From Qingshengfaniella sp. (lineage in GTDB: Bacteria > Pseudomonadota > Alphaproteobacteria > Rhodobacterales > Rhodobacteraceae), in NCBI GenBank assembly GCA_047971485.1, contig JBKDZR010000043.1, positions 163-64,162 on the forward strand: a DNA stretch of 64,000 bases, read 5' to 3'. This document shows, in pieces, positions 17,819 to 29,110 of the stretch. Under the pieces are notes generated by a model, which was not told the origin of the DNA, made no database searches, and saw nothing but the letters and a program-made list of their open reading frames with translations. How positions within the stretch are numbered: position 1 is the first letter of the stretch; each line of letters starts with the position of its first letter. Both the position numbers and the translations under genes were made by a program.

Positions 17819-19354
17819 ATGTCCTTCTCGATCTCGCGTCGCGCTGTGTATGCCGCGACTGCTTCTCTGCTGTGTCTGGCGCCCGTCGCCGGTCAGGCTG
17901 ACACCGCCAAGAACGTCATGCTGTTCATTGCCGACGGCTCCTCCTGGGGGACGTGGGATCTGGCCAGCTATTACGAATACGGTGCCAAGGATAGCCAGCC
18001 TTATGCCGATTGGTCGGTCAAGATGGGTATGACGACCCTGCCGGCCTATGCGAACAGCGATGTGAACTATGGCAAAACCTATGGTGCCGATCCCGCCTGG
18101 GACGACACGCCGATGACCGGTTCGGATACGGGCATCTACGGCAGCGACTATCCCAACTATTTTGCCGGTTACCATTATAACCGTCAGGGCTATACCGACA
18201 GTGCCGCCGCCGCGACTGCCCTGTCCGCCGGGGAAAAGACCATTAATGGTCGCGTCAACTATGACGTTGACGGCAACCCCATGGGCTTTATCAGCCAGGA
18301 CATGAAAGATGCCGGCAAGGCCGTTGGCGTCGTGTCCAGCGTTCCGTTCAGCCACGCGACGCCGGCGGGGTTCTCTGCCCAGAACATCAGCCGCAACAAC
18401 TATCATGAGATCGCGGCCCAGATCATCGCCGAGGACACCGTTGATGTGGCGTTCGGGGCCGGTAACCCGATGTACGACGACAACGGCAATATCCGCCCGA
18501 TGGACAACCCGGCCTATTACTTCATGGGTGAAACCGAGTGGAACCTGGTCAACAGTGCCGCGTCGCCGATGACCCTGATCCAGACCAAGGCCGATTTCGA
18601 AGCGATCGCCGATGGCACTCTGGATATCGAGGGCCGTGTTCTGGGGTTGCCGCAGATCAACTCGACCCTCCAGCAGGCGCGTTCGGGGGACGTCAAGGCC
18701 GCCGATGGTGCCACGCCTACCGGTCTGGCCTATAATGACAACGTGCCGACCCTGGAAACCATGACCAAGGCCGCGCTGAACCTGCTGGCGGGGGATGATG
18801 ATGGCCTGTTCATGATGGTCGAAGGCGGCGCTGTCGACTGGGCGGCCCATGCCAACCAGACCGATCGCATCATCGAGGAAATGGTGGACTTCAACCATTC
18901 GATCACTGCGGCGATGGACTGGGTTGAGGCGAATTCGTCCTGGGACGAAACGCTGATGATCGTTCTGACGGATCACGGCAACTCGATGCCTATGGGCATG
19001 GCGTCGGATATCAACGCGTTTGACCCGATCCCGAATGAGGGCGCCGGTGTGGTGCCGCAGGTGCGCTGGCATTTTGACAGCCACACCACCGAGAACACCC
19101 TGATGTGGACCCGGGGTGCCGGTTCGGATCTGATCGCCAACTATGTTGTCGGCAACGATCCCTACCTGACCTCGATCCTGGGCTTCAACGGTGGGGATTA
19201 CTTCGAGAACCAGTCGATCCCGGCTTTCATGGCTGCGGCTGCCGGTCTGAATGCCTCGGTCGCGCCGGTTCCGGTTCCGGCTGGTGTCTGGCTGCTGGGC
19301 TCGGCCCTGGTTGGGGTTGCGGGGCTGCGCCGCCGCGCCAAGCGCGCCGCCTGA
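17819..19354 (+). CDS. alkaline phosphatase (PhoA family) with VPLPA-CTERM-like tail
   Basis: Signal peptide MSFSISRRAVYAATASLLCLAPVAGQA. Metal/active-site motifs FIADGSSWG, YTDSAAAATALSAGEKT, FSHATPA, EGGAVDWAAHAN and LTDHGN. C-terminus SVAPVPVPAGVWLLGSALVGVAGLRRRAKRAA. Confidence 0.9.
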   Translation: MSFSISRRAVYAATASLLCLAPVAGQADTAKNVMLFIADGSSWGTWDLASYYEYGAKDSQPYADWSVKMGMTTLPAYANSDVNYGKTYGADPAWDDTPMTGSDTGIYGSDYPNYFAGYHYNRQGYTDSAAAATALSAGEKTINGRVNYDVDGNPMGFISQDMKDAGKAVGVVSSVPFSHATPAGFSAQNISRNNYHEIAAQIIAEDTVDVAFGAGNPMYDDNGNIRPMDNPAYYFMGETEWNLVNSAASPMTLIQTKADFEAIADGTLDIEGRVLGLPQINSTLQQARSGDVKAADGATPTGLAYNDNVPTLETMTKAALNLLAGDDDGLFMMVEGGAVDWAAHANQTDRIIEEMVDFNHSITAAMDWVEANSSWDETLMIVLTDHGNSMPMGMASDINAFDPIPNEGAGVVPQVRWHFDSHTTENTLMWTRGAGSDLIANYVVGNDPYLTSILGFNGGDYFENQSIPAFMAAAAGLNASVAPVPVPAGVWLLGSALVGVAGLRRRAKRAA

Positions 19355-19395
19355 GGGCACGGATTGCAGAGCGTTTGCTCTGCCCCTATGGAACG

Positions 19396-19427
19396 AAAGG
19401 CGCCGCAGCGGATGCGGCGCCTTTTTC
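19396..19427 (+). terminator. rho-independent terminator after the alkaline phosphatase gene
   Basis: AAAGGCGCCGC-agcggat-GCGGCGCCTTT followed by TTTTT. Preceded by a second small hairpin GCAGAGC-gttt-GCTCTGC (19366-19383). Confidence 0.75.
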
Positions 19428-19600
19428 GTGTCGGGGGTGTGGCTGCGGCGCTGGGAACGGGGCAATCCGCAGATCAGGGGGTGGACATGTCGGATATGAC
19501 GAAAAACCGACCATTAAGGGTTGCTTCACGGCCAGTTTTTCGAGCATCTTCACGAATGCTTTACTAAAAAACAACCGTTGGGGGGAGGACAGCACGCATT

Positions 19601-21487
19601 ATGGACGCAGTGCAATTTACAACCGAAATGGGCGTGGTGCTGGGCCTTTTGGGCTTTACCGTCTTTCTCTTCGTCTCGGAAATCGTGCGTGTTGATTTGG
19701 CCGCGATCCTCGTGTTGGTTATTATCGGGATCCTCAGCTATGTGCCCGGGCTTGAGAACCTGGCCGATGTCAGCAACCTCTTTACCGGGTTTTCCTCGAA
19801 TGCGGTGATTTCCATCATCGCGGTCATGATCGTGGGGGCCGGGCTGGACAAGACCGGACTGATGAACAAGGTCGCCGCCGTCATCCTGAAAAAGGGCGGA
19901 TCGACCGAGGCGCGGATCATCCCCATCGTTTCGGGCACGGTCGCGTTCATTTCCAGTTTTCTGCAGAATGTCGGGGCCGCCGCGTTGTTCCTGCCGGTTG
20001 TCAGCCGCATTTCGGCGCGCGCGCATATTCCGCTCAGCCGGTTGCTGATGCCCATGGGGTTCTGTGCCATCCTGGGCGGCACGATGACCATGGTCGGCTC
20101 GTCGCCGCTGATCCTGCTGAACGATCTGATCGAGACGGTGAATGTGGGGCTGCCGGCCGAGGCCCGGATCCCCGCCTTCAGCCTGTTTTCGGTCACGCCC
20201 ATCGGCCTGGCGCTGGTGCTGTCGGGGATCGGCTATTTCCTGATCGCCGGTCGCTGGGTTCTGCCTGAGATCAGCGGCGATGACAGTGCTTCGGGCAAGG
20301 GGCAGGGGACCTCGGCCTATCTGTCGCGGGTCTATGGTCTGAAGACCGATGTCTTCGAGATCATGATTCCGGAAGGCTGCGACCTGGTTGGCAAGACCCT
20401 GGCCGAAATCAACAATGAGAACCACCTGACCATCGTATCGACCTTTTACAAGGGCAAGGCGTCGATGATGCAGGTGTTGCTGGCCGAACTGGCCGCCCCC
20501 TGCCGGTTGGCGGTGATTGGTGATGCTTCGGCGGTGGAACTGTTCGCTGAGCGCTATGGGCTGCGGATCCTGCCGGCGCTGGAGATCTTCGCTGAGGAAT
20601 TCGCGCCTACCAATGCCGGCATCGCCGAGATTGTCGTGCCGCCGGATTCCGACATGATCGGAAAATCCTCGCGCGATATCCTGATGCGCAAGACCTATGG
20701 GCTGAGCCTGCTGGCCATTCGCCGCGGTGATGAAACCATGAGCCTGGTGGAAAGCGAGGATCACCCCGCCACCCGGATCGGCGAGGTGCAGTTCACGGCC
20801 GGGGACATGCTGGTTGCCCATACCCGCTGGGAGAACCTGACCCGGCTGAAGGGTGAACGCGATATGGTGATCGTCACATCCGATTTCCCGCAAGAGGAAA
20901 TGCGCCCGCAAAAGGTGGTGCCGGCGCTGATCTTTTTCCTCATCGCGCTGTCGATGATCTTGTTTACCGATGTGCGCCTCTCCCTGTGTTTGCTGACCGG
21001 GGCGGTGGGCATGATGCTGACCCGGGTGTTGACCATCGACGAGGCCTATAACGCCGTCGGCTGGAATACGGTTTTCCTTCTGGCCAGTCTGATCCCCTTG
21101 GGGCAGGCGGTGCAATCCACCGGGACGGCGGAATGGATCGCGTTACAGATCACCCAGGCGTTGGAGGGCTGGCCGGTCTGGACCCTGCAGGCCGGTGTTG
21201 CGGTGCTGGCCACTGCCTTTTCGCTGATGATGTCGAATGTGGGGGCGACCGTTCTGCTGGTGCCGCTGGCGGTGTCGATCGCGGTGGCGGCGGGGGCCAA
21301 CCCGGCGGTCTTTGCGCTGACCGTGGCGATCTCGACCTCGAATTCCTTCATCATTCCCACCCATCAGGTGAACGCCCTGATCATGGGGCCGGCGGGCTAC
21401 AAGGTCACCCATTTCGTCCGGGCCGGGGGGCCGATGACGCTGATCTTCCTGGTCGTGTCCCTGCTGATGATCAACCTCTTCTTCTGA
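19601..21487 (+). CDS. SLC13/DASS-family anion permease with two central TrkA-C (RCK_C) domains
   Basis: 628 aa. Hydrophobic N- and C-terminal halves flank a soluble insert (...DVFEIMIPEGCDLVGKTLAEI... and ...IAEIVVPPDSDMIGKSSRDI...). Confidence 0.85.
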   Translation: MDAVQFTTEMGVVLGLLGFTVFLFVSEIVRVDLAAILVLVIIGILSYVPGLENLADVSNLFTGFSSNAVISIIAVMIVGAGLDKTGLMNKVAAVILKKGGSTEARIIPIVSGTVAFISSFLQNVGAAALFLPVVSRISARAHIPLSRLLMPMGFCAILGGTMTMVGSSPLILLNDLIETVNVGLPAEARIPAFSLFSVTPIGLALVLSGIGYFLIAGRWVLPEISGDDSASGKGQGTSAYLSRVYGLKTDVFEIMIPEGCDLVGKTLAEINNENHLTIVSTFYKGKASMMQVLLAELAAPCRLAVIGDASAVELFAERYGLRILPALEIFAEEFAPTNAGIAEIVVPPDSDMIGKSSRDILMRKTYGLSLLAIRRGDETMSLVESEDHPATRIGEVQFTAGDMLVAHTRWENLTRLKGERDMVIVTSDFPQEEMRPQKVVPALIFFLIALSMILFTDVRLSLCLLTGAVGMMLTRVLTIDEAYNAVGWNTVFLLASLIPLGQAVQSTGTAEWIALQITQALEGWPVWTLQAGVAVLATAFSLMMSNVGATVLLVPLAVSIAVAAGANPAVFALTVAISTSNSFIIPTHQVNALIMGPAGYKVTHFVRAGGPMTLIFLVVSLLMINLFF

Positions 21488-21684
21488 CCTGTCGTGCTGA
21501 TGCGGGGCCGTTGGGCCCTGCATCGGTGGCGCGGATAACATCTCATTAAGGACCGTGTTCGGATGAGCACGGGTTACCGGCGCCTCAACCCTGAATGGTG
21601 CGCAAGATTGCCAGCCCGGGGATCGGCGGCTATCACCAGCCGGTCCACGTGTTGGCGTTAGCACTGTTTCGTGAGGTTCGGGCC

Positions 21685-24102
21685 ATGTCCGTAGATGGGT
21701 TCAAGGAAGCGCTTGTTCACAACTTGAAATACCGTTTGGGCAAGGACCCGGATACGGCCCAGCTGCGCGACTGGCGTCTGGCCTTGTCCCATGTGGTTCG
21801 CGACCGGATCACCGACCGCTGGTTCGATGCGACCCGCCAGACCTATCGCAGTCAGCACAAGCGCGTCTATTACCTGTCGATGGAATTCCTGATCGGCCGC
21901 CTGCTGGAGGATGCCATCGTCAACCTGCGGCTGGAGGATCAGGCCAAGGCTGCGCTGACGGATCTGGGTCTGTCGCTGCATGAGGTGTGGATGGACGAAC
22001 CCGATGCCGCGCTTGGCAATGGCGGGTTGGGGCGGTTGGCGGCCTGTTTTCTGGAAAGCCTGTCAACCCTGGGCGTACCGGCCTTCGGCTATGGGATCCG
22101 CTATGAACATGGCCTGTTCCGCCAGCGGTTTGAGGATGGTCGCCAGATCGAGGACCCCGAGGACTGGCTGAGCCAGCCGGATGCCTGGGCATTTGAGCGG
22201 GCCGAGGCTGCCTATGGTGTCGGATTTGGCGGTGATGTGCGGGATGGCGGCCTGTGGATGCCGGCAGAAACCGTGGTGGCCGAGGCCTTCGATACCCCCA
22301 TGGTGGGCTGGAAAGGAACCTGGGCCAACACGCTTCGCCTGTGGTCGGCCCGTCCTGTCCATGTCTTCGATCTGGATCGGTTCAATCGCGGCGAATATGC
22401 CGGCGCGGCCGAGGCCGAGGCGGCGGCCCGCACGATCAGCCGGGTGCTCTACCCCGATGACACGACCGAACCGGGCAAGGAGTTGCGGCTGAAGCAGGAA
22501 TACTTCTTCACCGCCGCCTCGTTGCATGACATCCTGCGCCGGTTCCGCTCGGAATATGATGACCTGTCGAAGCTGCCCGCCAAGGTTGCCATTCAGCTGA
22601 ACGATACTCATCCTGCCATCGCCGGTCCGGAACTGGTGCGGCTGTTGCATGACGAACAGGGCATGGGCTTTGATGACGCCATGGATACCGCACGGGCCTG
22701 TCTGAACTACACCAACCACACGTTGTTGCCCGAAGCGCTGGAGCGCTGGTCCGAGGGGTTGATGGGCCGGATTTTGCCGCGTCACATGCAGATTATCGCC
22801 CGCATCGACGATCGCCACGCGGCGCGCAACCCATCGCGCAAGCTGTCGATCCTTGGCGAGGGCGAGGTGCGGATGGGGGCCCTGTCCTTCATCATGGCGA
22901 ACCGGGTCAATGGCGTTTCGGCCCTGCATACCGATCTGATGAAAACCACGGTGTTTGCCGAGCTGAACCGCCTGCATCCCCAACGGATCGTCAATCAAAC
23001 CAACGGGGTCACGCCGCGCCGCTGGCTGCTGTCGGCCAACCCGGCGCTGTCGGGCCTGATCACCGACGCGATCGGGGACAGTTGGGTTGGTGATCTGGAG
23101 CATCTGAAGGGTCTGGAGGGCCATGTTGAAGATGCGGGGTTCCGCGATGCCTTTGCCGGTGCCAAGCGGGCCAACAAGGTGGCCCTGTCCAACTGGTTGC
23201 GCGAGACGATGGAAATTCCGGTCGATCCGGACATGATGTTCGATGTGCAGATCAAGCGTATCCATGAATACAAACGCCAGCACATGAACATCCTGGAAAC
23301 CATCGCATTGTGGCAGGAGATCCATGACAATCCCACTGCCGACTGGACGCCCCGGTTGAAAATCTTCGGTGGCAAGGCCGCGCCGGGATACTATTTCGCC
23401 AAAGATATCATTCGCCTTATCAATGATGTGGGTGCCGTTCTTAATTCAGATCCGGTAACCAGCCCTTATTTGAAGCTGGTCTATCCGCCCAATTACAACG
23501 TCACCCTTGCTGAACGTCTGATCCCGGCTGCCGATTTGTCCGAACAGATCTCGACCGCTGGCAAGGAGGCGTCGGGCACGGGCAACATGAAGTTTGCCCT
23601 GAACGGGGCGCTGACCGTGGGAACGCTGGATGGCGCCAATGTCGAGATCAGGGATCTGGTCGGGGCGGAGAACTTTTTCCTGTTTGGCATGACCGCCGAT
23701 CAGGTCGTGGCCTGTCGCGAACGCCCGCATCATGCCGCAGAGGCGGTCCAGCGCGACCCGCGTCTGGCGCGGGCGCTTGAAGCGCTGCGCAGCGGGATTT
23801 TTGCCGACGGTGATCCTGATCGCCATCGCGGCATTGCCGATAATCTGACCCATGCCGATTATTTCTGCGTCTGTTCCGATTTCGCTGACTATTGGCGGGC
23901 CCAACGTGCGGTTGACAGCGCCTTTGTCGATCAGGCGGAATGGATGCGACGGGCAGCGCTGAATACCGCGCGCTCCGGGTGGCTGTCGTCGGACCGGACT
24001 ATTCGTGGCTATATGACAGATATCTGGGATGTTACCCCGGCGCTGCTTAGTGCCGATGCGGGGGCAGCGGGCAGAAAGGATAGCGAAAGACACGCGGGAT
24101 AA
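21685..24102 (+). CDS. glgP: glycogen/maltodextrin phosphorylase
   Basis: [28 protein letters not shown] and the PLP-Lys region [36 protein letters not shown]. Confidence 0.95.
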   Translation: MSVDGFKEALVHNLKYRLGKDPDTAQLRDWRLALSHVVRDRITDRWFDATRQTYRSQHKRVYYLSMEFLIGRLLEDAIVNLRLEDQAKAALTDLGLSLHEVWMDEPDAALGNGGLGRLAACFLESLSTLGVPAFGYGIRYEHGLFRQRFEDGRQIEDPEDWLSQPDAWAFERAEAAYGVGFGGDVRDGGLWMPAETVVAEAFDTPMVGWKGTWANTLRLWSARPVHVFDLDRFNRGEYAGAAEAEAAARTISRVLYPDDTTEPGKELRLKQEYFFTAASLHDILRRFRSEYDDLSKLPAKVAIQLNDTHPAIAGPELVRLLHDEQGMGFDDAMDTARACLNYTNHTLLPEALERWSEGLMGRILPRHMQIIARIDDRHAARNPSRKLSILGEGEVRMGALSFIMANRVNGVSALHTDLMKTTVFAELNRLHPQRIVNQTNGVTPRRWLLSANPALSGLITDAIGDSWVGDLEHLKGLEGHVEDAGFRDAFAGAKRANKVALSNWLRETMEIPVDPDMMFDVQIKRIHEYKRQHMNILETIALWQEIHDNPTADWTPRLKIFGGKAAPGYYFAKDIIRLINDVGAVLNSDPVTSPYLKLVYPPNYNVTLAERLIPAADLSEQISTAGKEASGTGNMKFALNGALTVGTLDGANVEIRDLVGAENFFLFGMTADQVVACRERPHHAAEAVQRDPRLARALEALRSGIFADGDPDRHRGIADNLTHADYFCVCSDFADYWRAQRAVDSAFVDQAEWMRRAALNTARSGWLSSDRTIRGYMTDIWDVTPALLSADAGAAGRKDSERHAG

Positions 24103-24128
24103 ACGACGCGGGTAGACAAGGGACCGAC

Positions 24129-26357
24129 ATGACGCGACCGCCAGCATCCTCTGGGACCACCGAGACGGGGCCGACCGATGGCGCGGTGGCACGGCGGATT
24201 GCCGAGGGCCGGTGCGGCGATCCCTTTGCCTGGCTTGGGCCGCATGAGGTTGCGGGGGCGATCCTGTTGCGCGTTTTTCAGCCCGATGCGATCCGTGTTG
24301 CGGCGCTGATCGCTGGGGGGACCCATCCGTTGGGGTGCCTGGACGACGTGGCGGGGATGTTCTGTGGGCCGATCCCGGCGGCCGCGTCCTATCGGCTGCG
24401 CGCGGAAGGGGCCGATGGTACGGTCTGGGAGTGGGACGATCCCTATCGCTTTGCCCCGGTTCTGGGCGAGATGGATGAATATCTGTTGGCCGAGGGCAGC
24501 CATCAGCGCCTCTGGCAGGTTCTGGGCGCCCATCCGCGGGTCCATCAGGGTGTGCAGGGCACGTCTTTCGCGGTGTGGGCCCCGAATGCCAGCAGGGTTT
24601 CGGTGGTTGGGGATTTCAACGGGTGGGACGGTCGCCGTACCCCGATGCGCCGCCGTGGTAGCGTCGGGATCTGGGAGATCTTTCTGCCGGGTCTGGGCGA
24701 GGGGACGGTCTATAAGTACGAGTTGCGGGACCGGGACGGGGGGCTTTTGCCGCTCAAGGCTGATCCGGTCGGCTTCGGGTCTGAACATCCGCCGGCCAAT
24801 GCCAGCGTGGTGCGCGATATTTCAGGGTATGGCTGGTCGGATGCGGACTGGCGGACGGCACGGGCCGCGCGCAACGGGCGCCAGGCCCCGATCTCGATCT
24901 ACGAGGTCCATTTGCCATCCTGGAAACGCCGTGTGGCCGAGGGCAACCGCCCGATTTCCTATCGCGAGGCGGCCGATGAACTGGTGACTTATGTCCGCGA
25001 CATGGGCTTTACCCATATCGAGCTGCTGCCGATCAGCGAATATCCGTTCGACGGGTCCTGGGGCTATCAGCCGGTTGGTCTGTTCGCGCCGACCATCCGC
25101 CACGGCCCCCCCCATGAATTCCGCGATCTTGTCGATGCGGCCCATCGTGCCGGGATCGGCCTGATCCTGGATTGGGTGCCCGGGCACTTTCCAACCGATG
25201 CCCATGGTCTGGGGCGGTTCGATGGCACGGCGCTTTATGAACATGCCGATCCGCGCGAGGGGTTTCATCAGGACTGGAACACGCTGATCTATAATTTCGG
25301 CCGGACCGAGGTGCGGAATTTCCTGGTCTCGAATGCTCTGTACTGGCTGGAGGAATATCATGCCGATGGGCTGCGGGTAGATGCGGTGGCCTCGATGCTG
25401 TATCGCGATTATTCGCGCGGGCCCGGCGAATGGGTGCCCAATATCGATGGCGAGCGCGAAAATTACGAAGCTATTGATCTGTTGAGGCGGATGAATACGC
25501 TTGTCTATGGGCAACAGCCGGGGATCCTGACAGTTGCCGAGGAATCGACCGCCTTTCCCGGTGTGTCGCGGCCGGTGGAAAACGATGGCCTGGGGTTCGG
25601 CTTTAAGTGGAACATGGGCTGGATGCATGACACGCTGGCCTATATCGGGCGTGATCCATTGTACCGACGCCATCATCACCACCAGATGACCTTTGGTTTG
25701 CATTATGCCTTCAGTGAAAATTTCATCCTGCCGATCAGCCATGACGAGGTGGTTCACGGCAAGGGATCCATGCTGGCGCGCATGCCGGGGCAGGGGGCTG
25801 AACGCTTCGCCAACCTGCGGGCCTATTACGGGTTCATGTGGGGCCATCCGGGCAAGAAGTTGTTGTTCATGGGGCAGGAATTCGCCCAGGCGGCGGAATG
25901 GGATTTTGATGGATCCCTGGATTGGGCAGCGGCCGATAGGGCGCCCCATGCCGGGGTGCAGGCGCTTGTTCGAGATCTTAACCGGCTGTATGCGGCCTGC
26001 CCGGCCCTGCACCATCACGATTGCGATCCCGCCGGTTTCCAGTGGATCGAGGCCAGCGACGCCGAGCGTTCGATCTTTGCCTGGATCCGTTGGGCCGAGG
26101 CGGGTGAGGTGCCGGTTGTCGTACTGTGCAACTTTACCCCGATCGAGCGGCCCGGGCTGCGGATCGGGTTGCCGGCGGCGGGGGCCTGGCGTGAGATCCT
26201 CAACACCGATGCCAGGACTTATGGCGGTGAAGGGCGCGGTAATATGGGCCAGATTCTGGCGCAGGATCAGCCCAGCCACGGTCAGCCGGCCAGTGCCACG
26301 CTGTATTTGCCGCCGCTGTCCTGCATCATGCTGACGCCGGCGGATACGGCTTGCTAA
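24129..26357 (+). CDS. glgB: 1,4-alpha-glucan branching enzyme
   Basis: 742 aa. GH13 motifs [27 protein letters not shown] and [12 protein letters not shown]. Confidence 0.97.
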   Translation: MTRPPASSGTTETGPTDGAVARRIAEGRCGDPFAWLGPHEVAGAILLRVFQPDAIRVAALIAGGTHPLGCLDDVAGMFCGPIPAAASYRLRAEGADGTVWEWDDPYRFAPVLGEMDEYLLAEGSHQRLWQVLGAHPRVHQGVQGTSFAVWAPNASRVSVVGDFNGWDGRRTPMRRRGSVGIWEIFLPGLGEGTVYKYELRDRDGGLLPLKADPVGFGSEHPPANASVVRDISGYGWSDADWRTARAARNGRQAPISIYEVHLPSWKRRVAEGNRPISYREAADELVTYVRDMGFTHIELLPISEYPFDGSWGYQPVGLFAPTIRHGPPHEFRDLVDAAHRAGIGLILDWVPGHFPTDAHGLGRFDGTALYEHADPREGFHQDWNTLIYNFGRTEVRNFLVSNALYWLEEYHADGLRVDAVASMLYRDYSRGPGEWVPNIDGERENYEAIDLLRRMNTLVYGQQPGILTVAEESTAFPGVSRPVENDGLGFGFKWNMGWMHDTLAYIGRDPLYRRHHHHQMTFGLHYAFSENFILPISHDEVVHGKGSMLARMPGQGAERFANLRAYYGFMWGHPGKKLLFMGQEFAQAAEWDFDGSLDWAAADRAPHAGVQALVRDLNRLYAACPALHHHDCDPAGFQWIEASDAERSIFAWIRWAEAGEVPVVVLCNFTPIERPGLRIGLPAAGAWREILNTDARTYGGEGRGNMGQILAQDQPSHGQPASATLYLPPLSCIMLTPADTAC

Positions 26358-26398
26358 CGAAGACGGGATAGGACGGACACACCACGGGGGGAGGAACC

Positions 26399-27664
26399 AT
26401 GCCACGACCTAGAACACGGCTGACCGGACGAAGCATGGCCTTTGTTCTGGCCGGGGGGCGGGGGGCGCGCCTGCGGGAATTGACCGATCGCCGGGCCAAG
26501 CCGGCGGTCTATTTCGGCGGCAAGGCGCGGATCATTGATTTCGCCCTGTCGAACACCATGAATTCAGGGATCCGCAAGATGGCAATCGCGACCCAGTACA
26601 AGGCCCACAGCCTGATCCGGCATTGCCAGCGCGGATGGAATTTCTTCCGGGCCGAGCGCAACGAATATCTCGATATTCTGCCGGCCAGCCAGCGCGCGGG
26701 CGAGGATCGTTGGTATCGCGGCACGACCGATGCGGTGACCCAGAATATCGATATCGTCGACAGTTACGATGTGGATTATATCGTCATCCTGGCCGGCGAT
26801 CATATCTACAAGATGGATTATGAACCGATGCTGCGCCAGCATGTGGACAGTGGGGCGGATGTGACCATCGGCTGTCTGACCGTGCCGCGTCATGAGGCCA
26901 GCGCCTTCGGTGTGATGGCCGTTGATGAAACCGATCGGATCGTCAGTTTTTTGGAAAAGCCTGCCGATCCCCCCGGAACGGCGACGGATCCTTCGGTTTC
27001 GCTGGCATCCATGGGGATCTATGTGTTTTCATGGCCATTTCTGCGCGCGCTTTTGCTGGAGGATGCCGACGATCCGGGATCGAGTCATGATTTCGGTACG
27101 GATCTGATCCCCAAGATCGTGGCCGGGGGGAAGGCCCAGGCCCATCGCTTTTCCGACAGCTGTGTCAAGCGCGATGCCAGCGCCCCGGCCTATTGGCGTG
27201 ATGTGGGCACATTGGATGCGTTCTGGAAGGCGAATATCGACCTGACGGATTTTGAACCGGAACTGGACCTGTGGGACAGGGATTGGCCGATCTGGACCTA
27301 TTCGGAACAGACGCCGCCGGCAAAATTCATCCACGATGCGCCGGATCGGCGCGGGTCGGCCGTGTCCTCGCTGGTGGCCGGGGGCTGTATCGTCTCGGGG
27401 ACGACGATTCGAAAATCGCTGTTGTTCACCAATGTGCACACCAACAGTTATGCCGTGCTCGACCAGGCGGTGGTGATGCCCAATGTTGTTGTCGAGCGTT
27501 CGGCGCGGCTGTCGCGGGTGGTGATCGACCGCGGTGTGCGGATCCCGGCCGGGCTGGTTGTGGGCGAGGACCCGTCTGAGGACGCGGCTTGGTTCCGGGT
27601 TTCCGACGGCGGTGTGACCTTGATCACCCAGGACATGTTGGACAGAAGGGCAGCGCATCAGTGA
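26399..27664 (+). CDS. glgC: glucose-1-phosphate adenylyltransferase
   Basis: [36 protein letters not shown]-type motif. 421 aa. Confidence 0.97.
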   Translation: MPRPRTRLTGRSMAFVLAGGRGARLRELTDRRAKPAVYFGGKARIIDFALSNTMNSGIRKMAIATQYKAHSLIRHCQRGWNFFRAERNEYLDILPASQRAGEDRWYRGTTDAVTQNIDIVDSYDVDYIVILAGDHIYKMDYEPMLRQHVDSGADVTIGCLTVPRHEASAFGVMAVDETDRIVSFLEKPADPPGTATDPSVSLASMGIYVFSWPFLRALLLEDADDPGSSHDFGTDLIPKIVAGGKAQAHRFSDSCVKRDASAPAYWRDVGTLDAFWKANIDLTDFEPELDLWDRDWPIWTYSEQTPPAKFIHDAPDRRGSAVSSLVAGGCIVSGTTIRKSLLFTNVHTNSYAVLDQAVVMPNVVVERSARLSRVVIDRGVRIPAGLVVGEDPSEDAAWFRVSDGGVTLITQDMLDRRAAHQ

Positions 27665-29100
27665 TCAGGGTTTTGTCGATTGCTTCGGAATGTGCGCCCT
27701 TGGTCAAGACCGGGGGGCTGGCCGATGTGGCAGGGGCCTTGCCTGCTGCGCTTGGCGCCATCGGGGTTGAGATGGTCACACTTCTGCCGGGGTATCCCCA
27801 GGTGCTGGCGGCCTGCGAGGGGACAGGCACCGGTGTTCTGGAAGAGGACGATCTTTGGGGCGGTCCGGCCCGGGTGTTGCGCTGTCGGGCGGCCGGGCTG
27901 GATCTGTTGGTGCTGGATGCGCCCCATCTGTTCGATCGGCCGGGCAATATCTATCTGGGTCCGGATGGGCGCGACTGGCCGGATAACCCGATGCGTTTCG
28001 CTGCCCTGTGCCGGGTGGCTGCCCGTATCGGGGCCGAAGGCGCTGGAGGATGGATGCCACATATCCTGCATCTGCATGACTGGCAGGCCGGTCTGACGCC
28101 TCTGTATCTGGGGGCGCGATCGGCGCGTGCATCGGTTGGGACCGTTCTGACCATCCACAATATCGCCTTTCAGGGGCTTGCCCCGGCCGCATTGCGTGCC
28201 GATCTGGGATTGCCGGAGGCGGGGTTCGATGTTGAGGGGTATGAATATTTCGGCCAGATCAGTGCGCTGAAGGCCGGGATCGTCTATGCCGACCGCTTGA
28301 CCACGGTCAGCCCGACCTATGCGCGCGAATTGACCACACCGGAATTCGGGATGGGGCTGGATGGCGTGTTGCGGTCGCGGGCCCAGAAATTGCGCGGGAT
28401 CCTCAATGGGATTGACACGGGCAGTTGGAATCCGGCCACTGATCCGGCCCTGGTTGCGCCTTACAAGACGCCGCGTGGCAAGGGGCGCAACAAGGCTGCG
28501 CTCCGGGCCGAGTTCGCCCTGCCCGCCGCCAGCGGACCCCTTTGTGTGCTGATTTCGCGTCTGACGGAACAGAAGGGGATCGACCTGCTGTTGCAGGCCG
28601 TGCCCCGGCTGCTGGCGCGGGGGGGACAGCTGGCGCTGTTGGGCAGTGGCGGTGCCGAGATCGAAACGGTGGTCCGCGACGCGGCCGCAGTGATGCCCGG
28701 GTTCGCTGCGCGGATCGGCTATGACGAGGCGCTGTCGCATCGGATGGTCGCCGGCGCAGATGCCATTCTGGTGCCGTCACGCTTTGAACCCTGTGGCCTG
28801 ACCCAGATGTTCGGCCTGCGTTACGGGGCGCTGCCGCTGGTGGCGCTGACCGGTGGGCTGGCCGATACGGTGATCGATGCCAACCCGGCGGCGCTGCGGG
28901 CCGGGGTGGCAACGGGGGTGCAGGTTCATCCGTTGACGGTGGGGGCGCTGGCCGATGCTTTCGACCGGCTGTGCGATCTCTATGCTTCGGATCATTGGCC
29001 GGTGTTGCAGCGCAATGCCATGCGCCAGGAGGTCGGCTGGCAGGCTTCTGCGCGGGACTATGCTGAACTTTATGCAGAGTGCCTGCCTGACCATGGGTGA
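27661..29100 (+). CDS. glgA: glycogen synthase (ADP-glucose type)
   Basis: GTG 27661 overlaps the glgC TGA (GTGA). N-terminus (V)[23 protein letters not shown]-terminal GT-B motif [12 protein letters not shown]. Confidence 0.95.
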   Translation: MIRVLSIASECAPLVKTGGLADVAGALPAALGAIGVEMVTLLPGYPQVLAACEGTGTGVLEEDDLWGGPARVLRCRAAGLDLLVLDAPHLFDRPGNIYLGPDGRDWPDNPMRFAALCRVAARIGAEGAGGWMPHILHLHDWQAGLTPLYLGARSARASVGTVLTIHNIAFQGLAPAALRADLGLPEAGFDVEGYEYFGQISALKAGIVYADRLTTVSPTYARELTTPEFGMGLDGVLRSRAQKLRGILNGIDTGSWNPATDPALVAPYKTPRGKGRNKAALRAEFALPAASGPLCVLISRLTEQKGIDLLLQAVPRLLARGGQLALLGSGGAEIETVVRDAAAVMPGFAARIGYDEALSHRMVAGADAILVPSRFEPCGLTQMFGLRYGALPLVALTGGLADTVIDANPAALRAGVATGVQVHPLTVGALADAFDRLCDLYASDHWPVLQRNAMRQEVGWQASARDYAELYAECLPDHG

Positions 29101-29110
29101 CGATCTGAAA

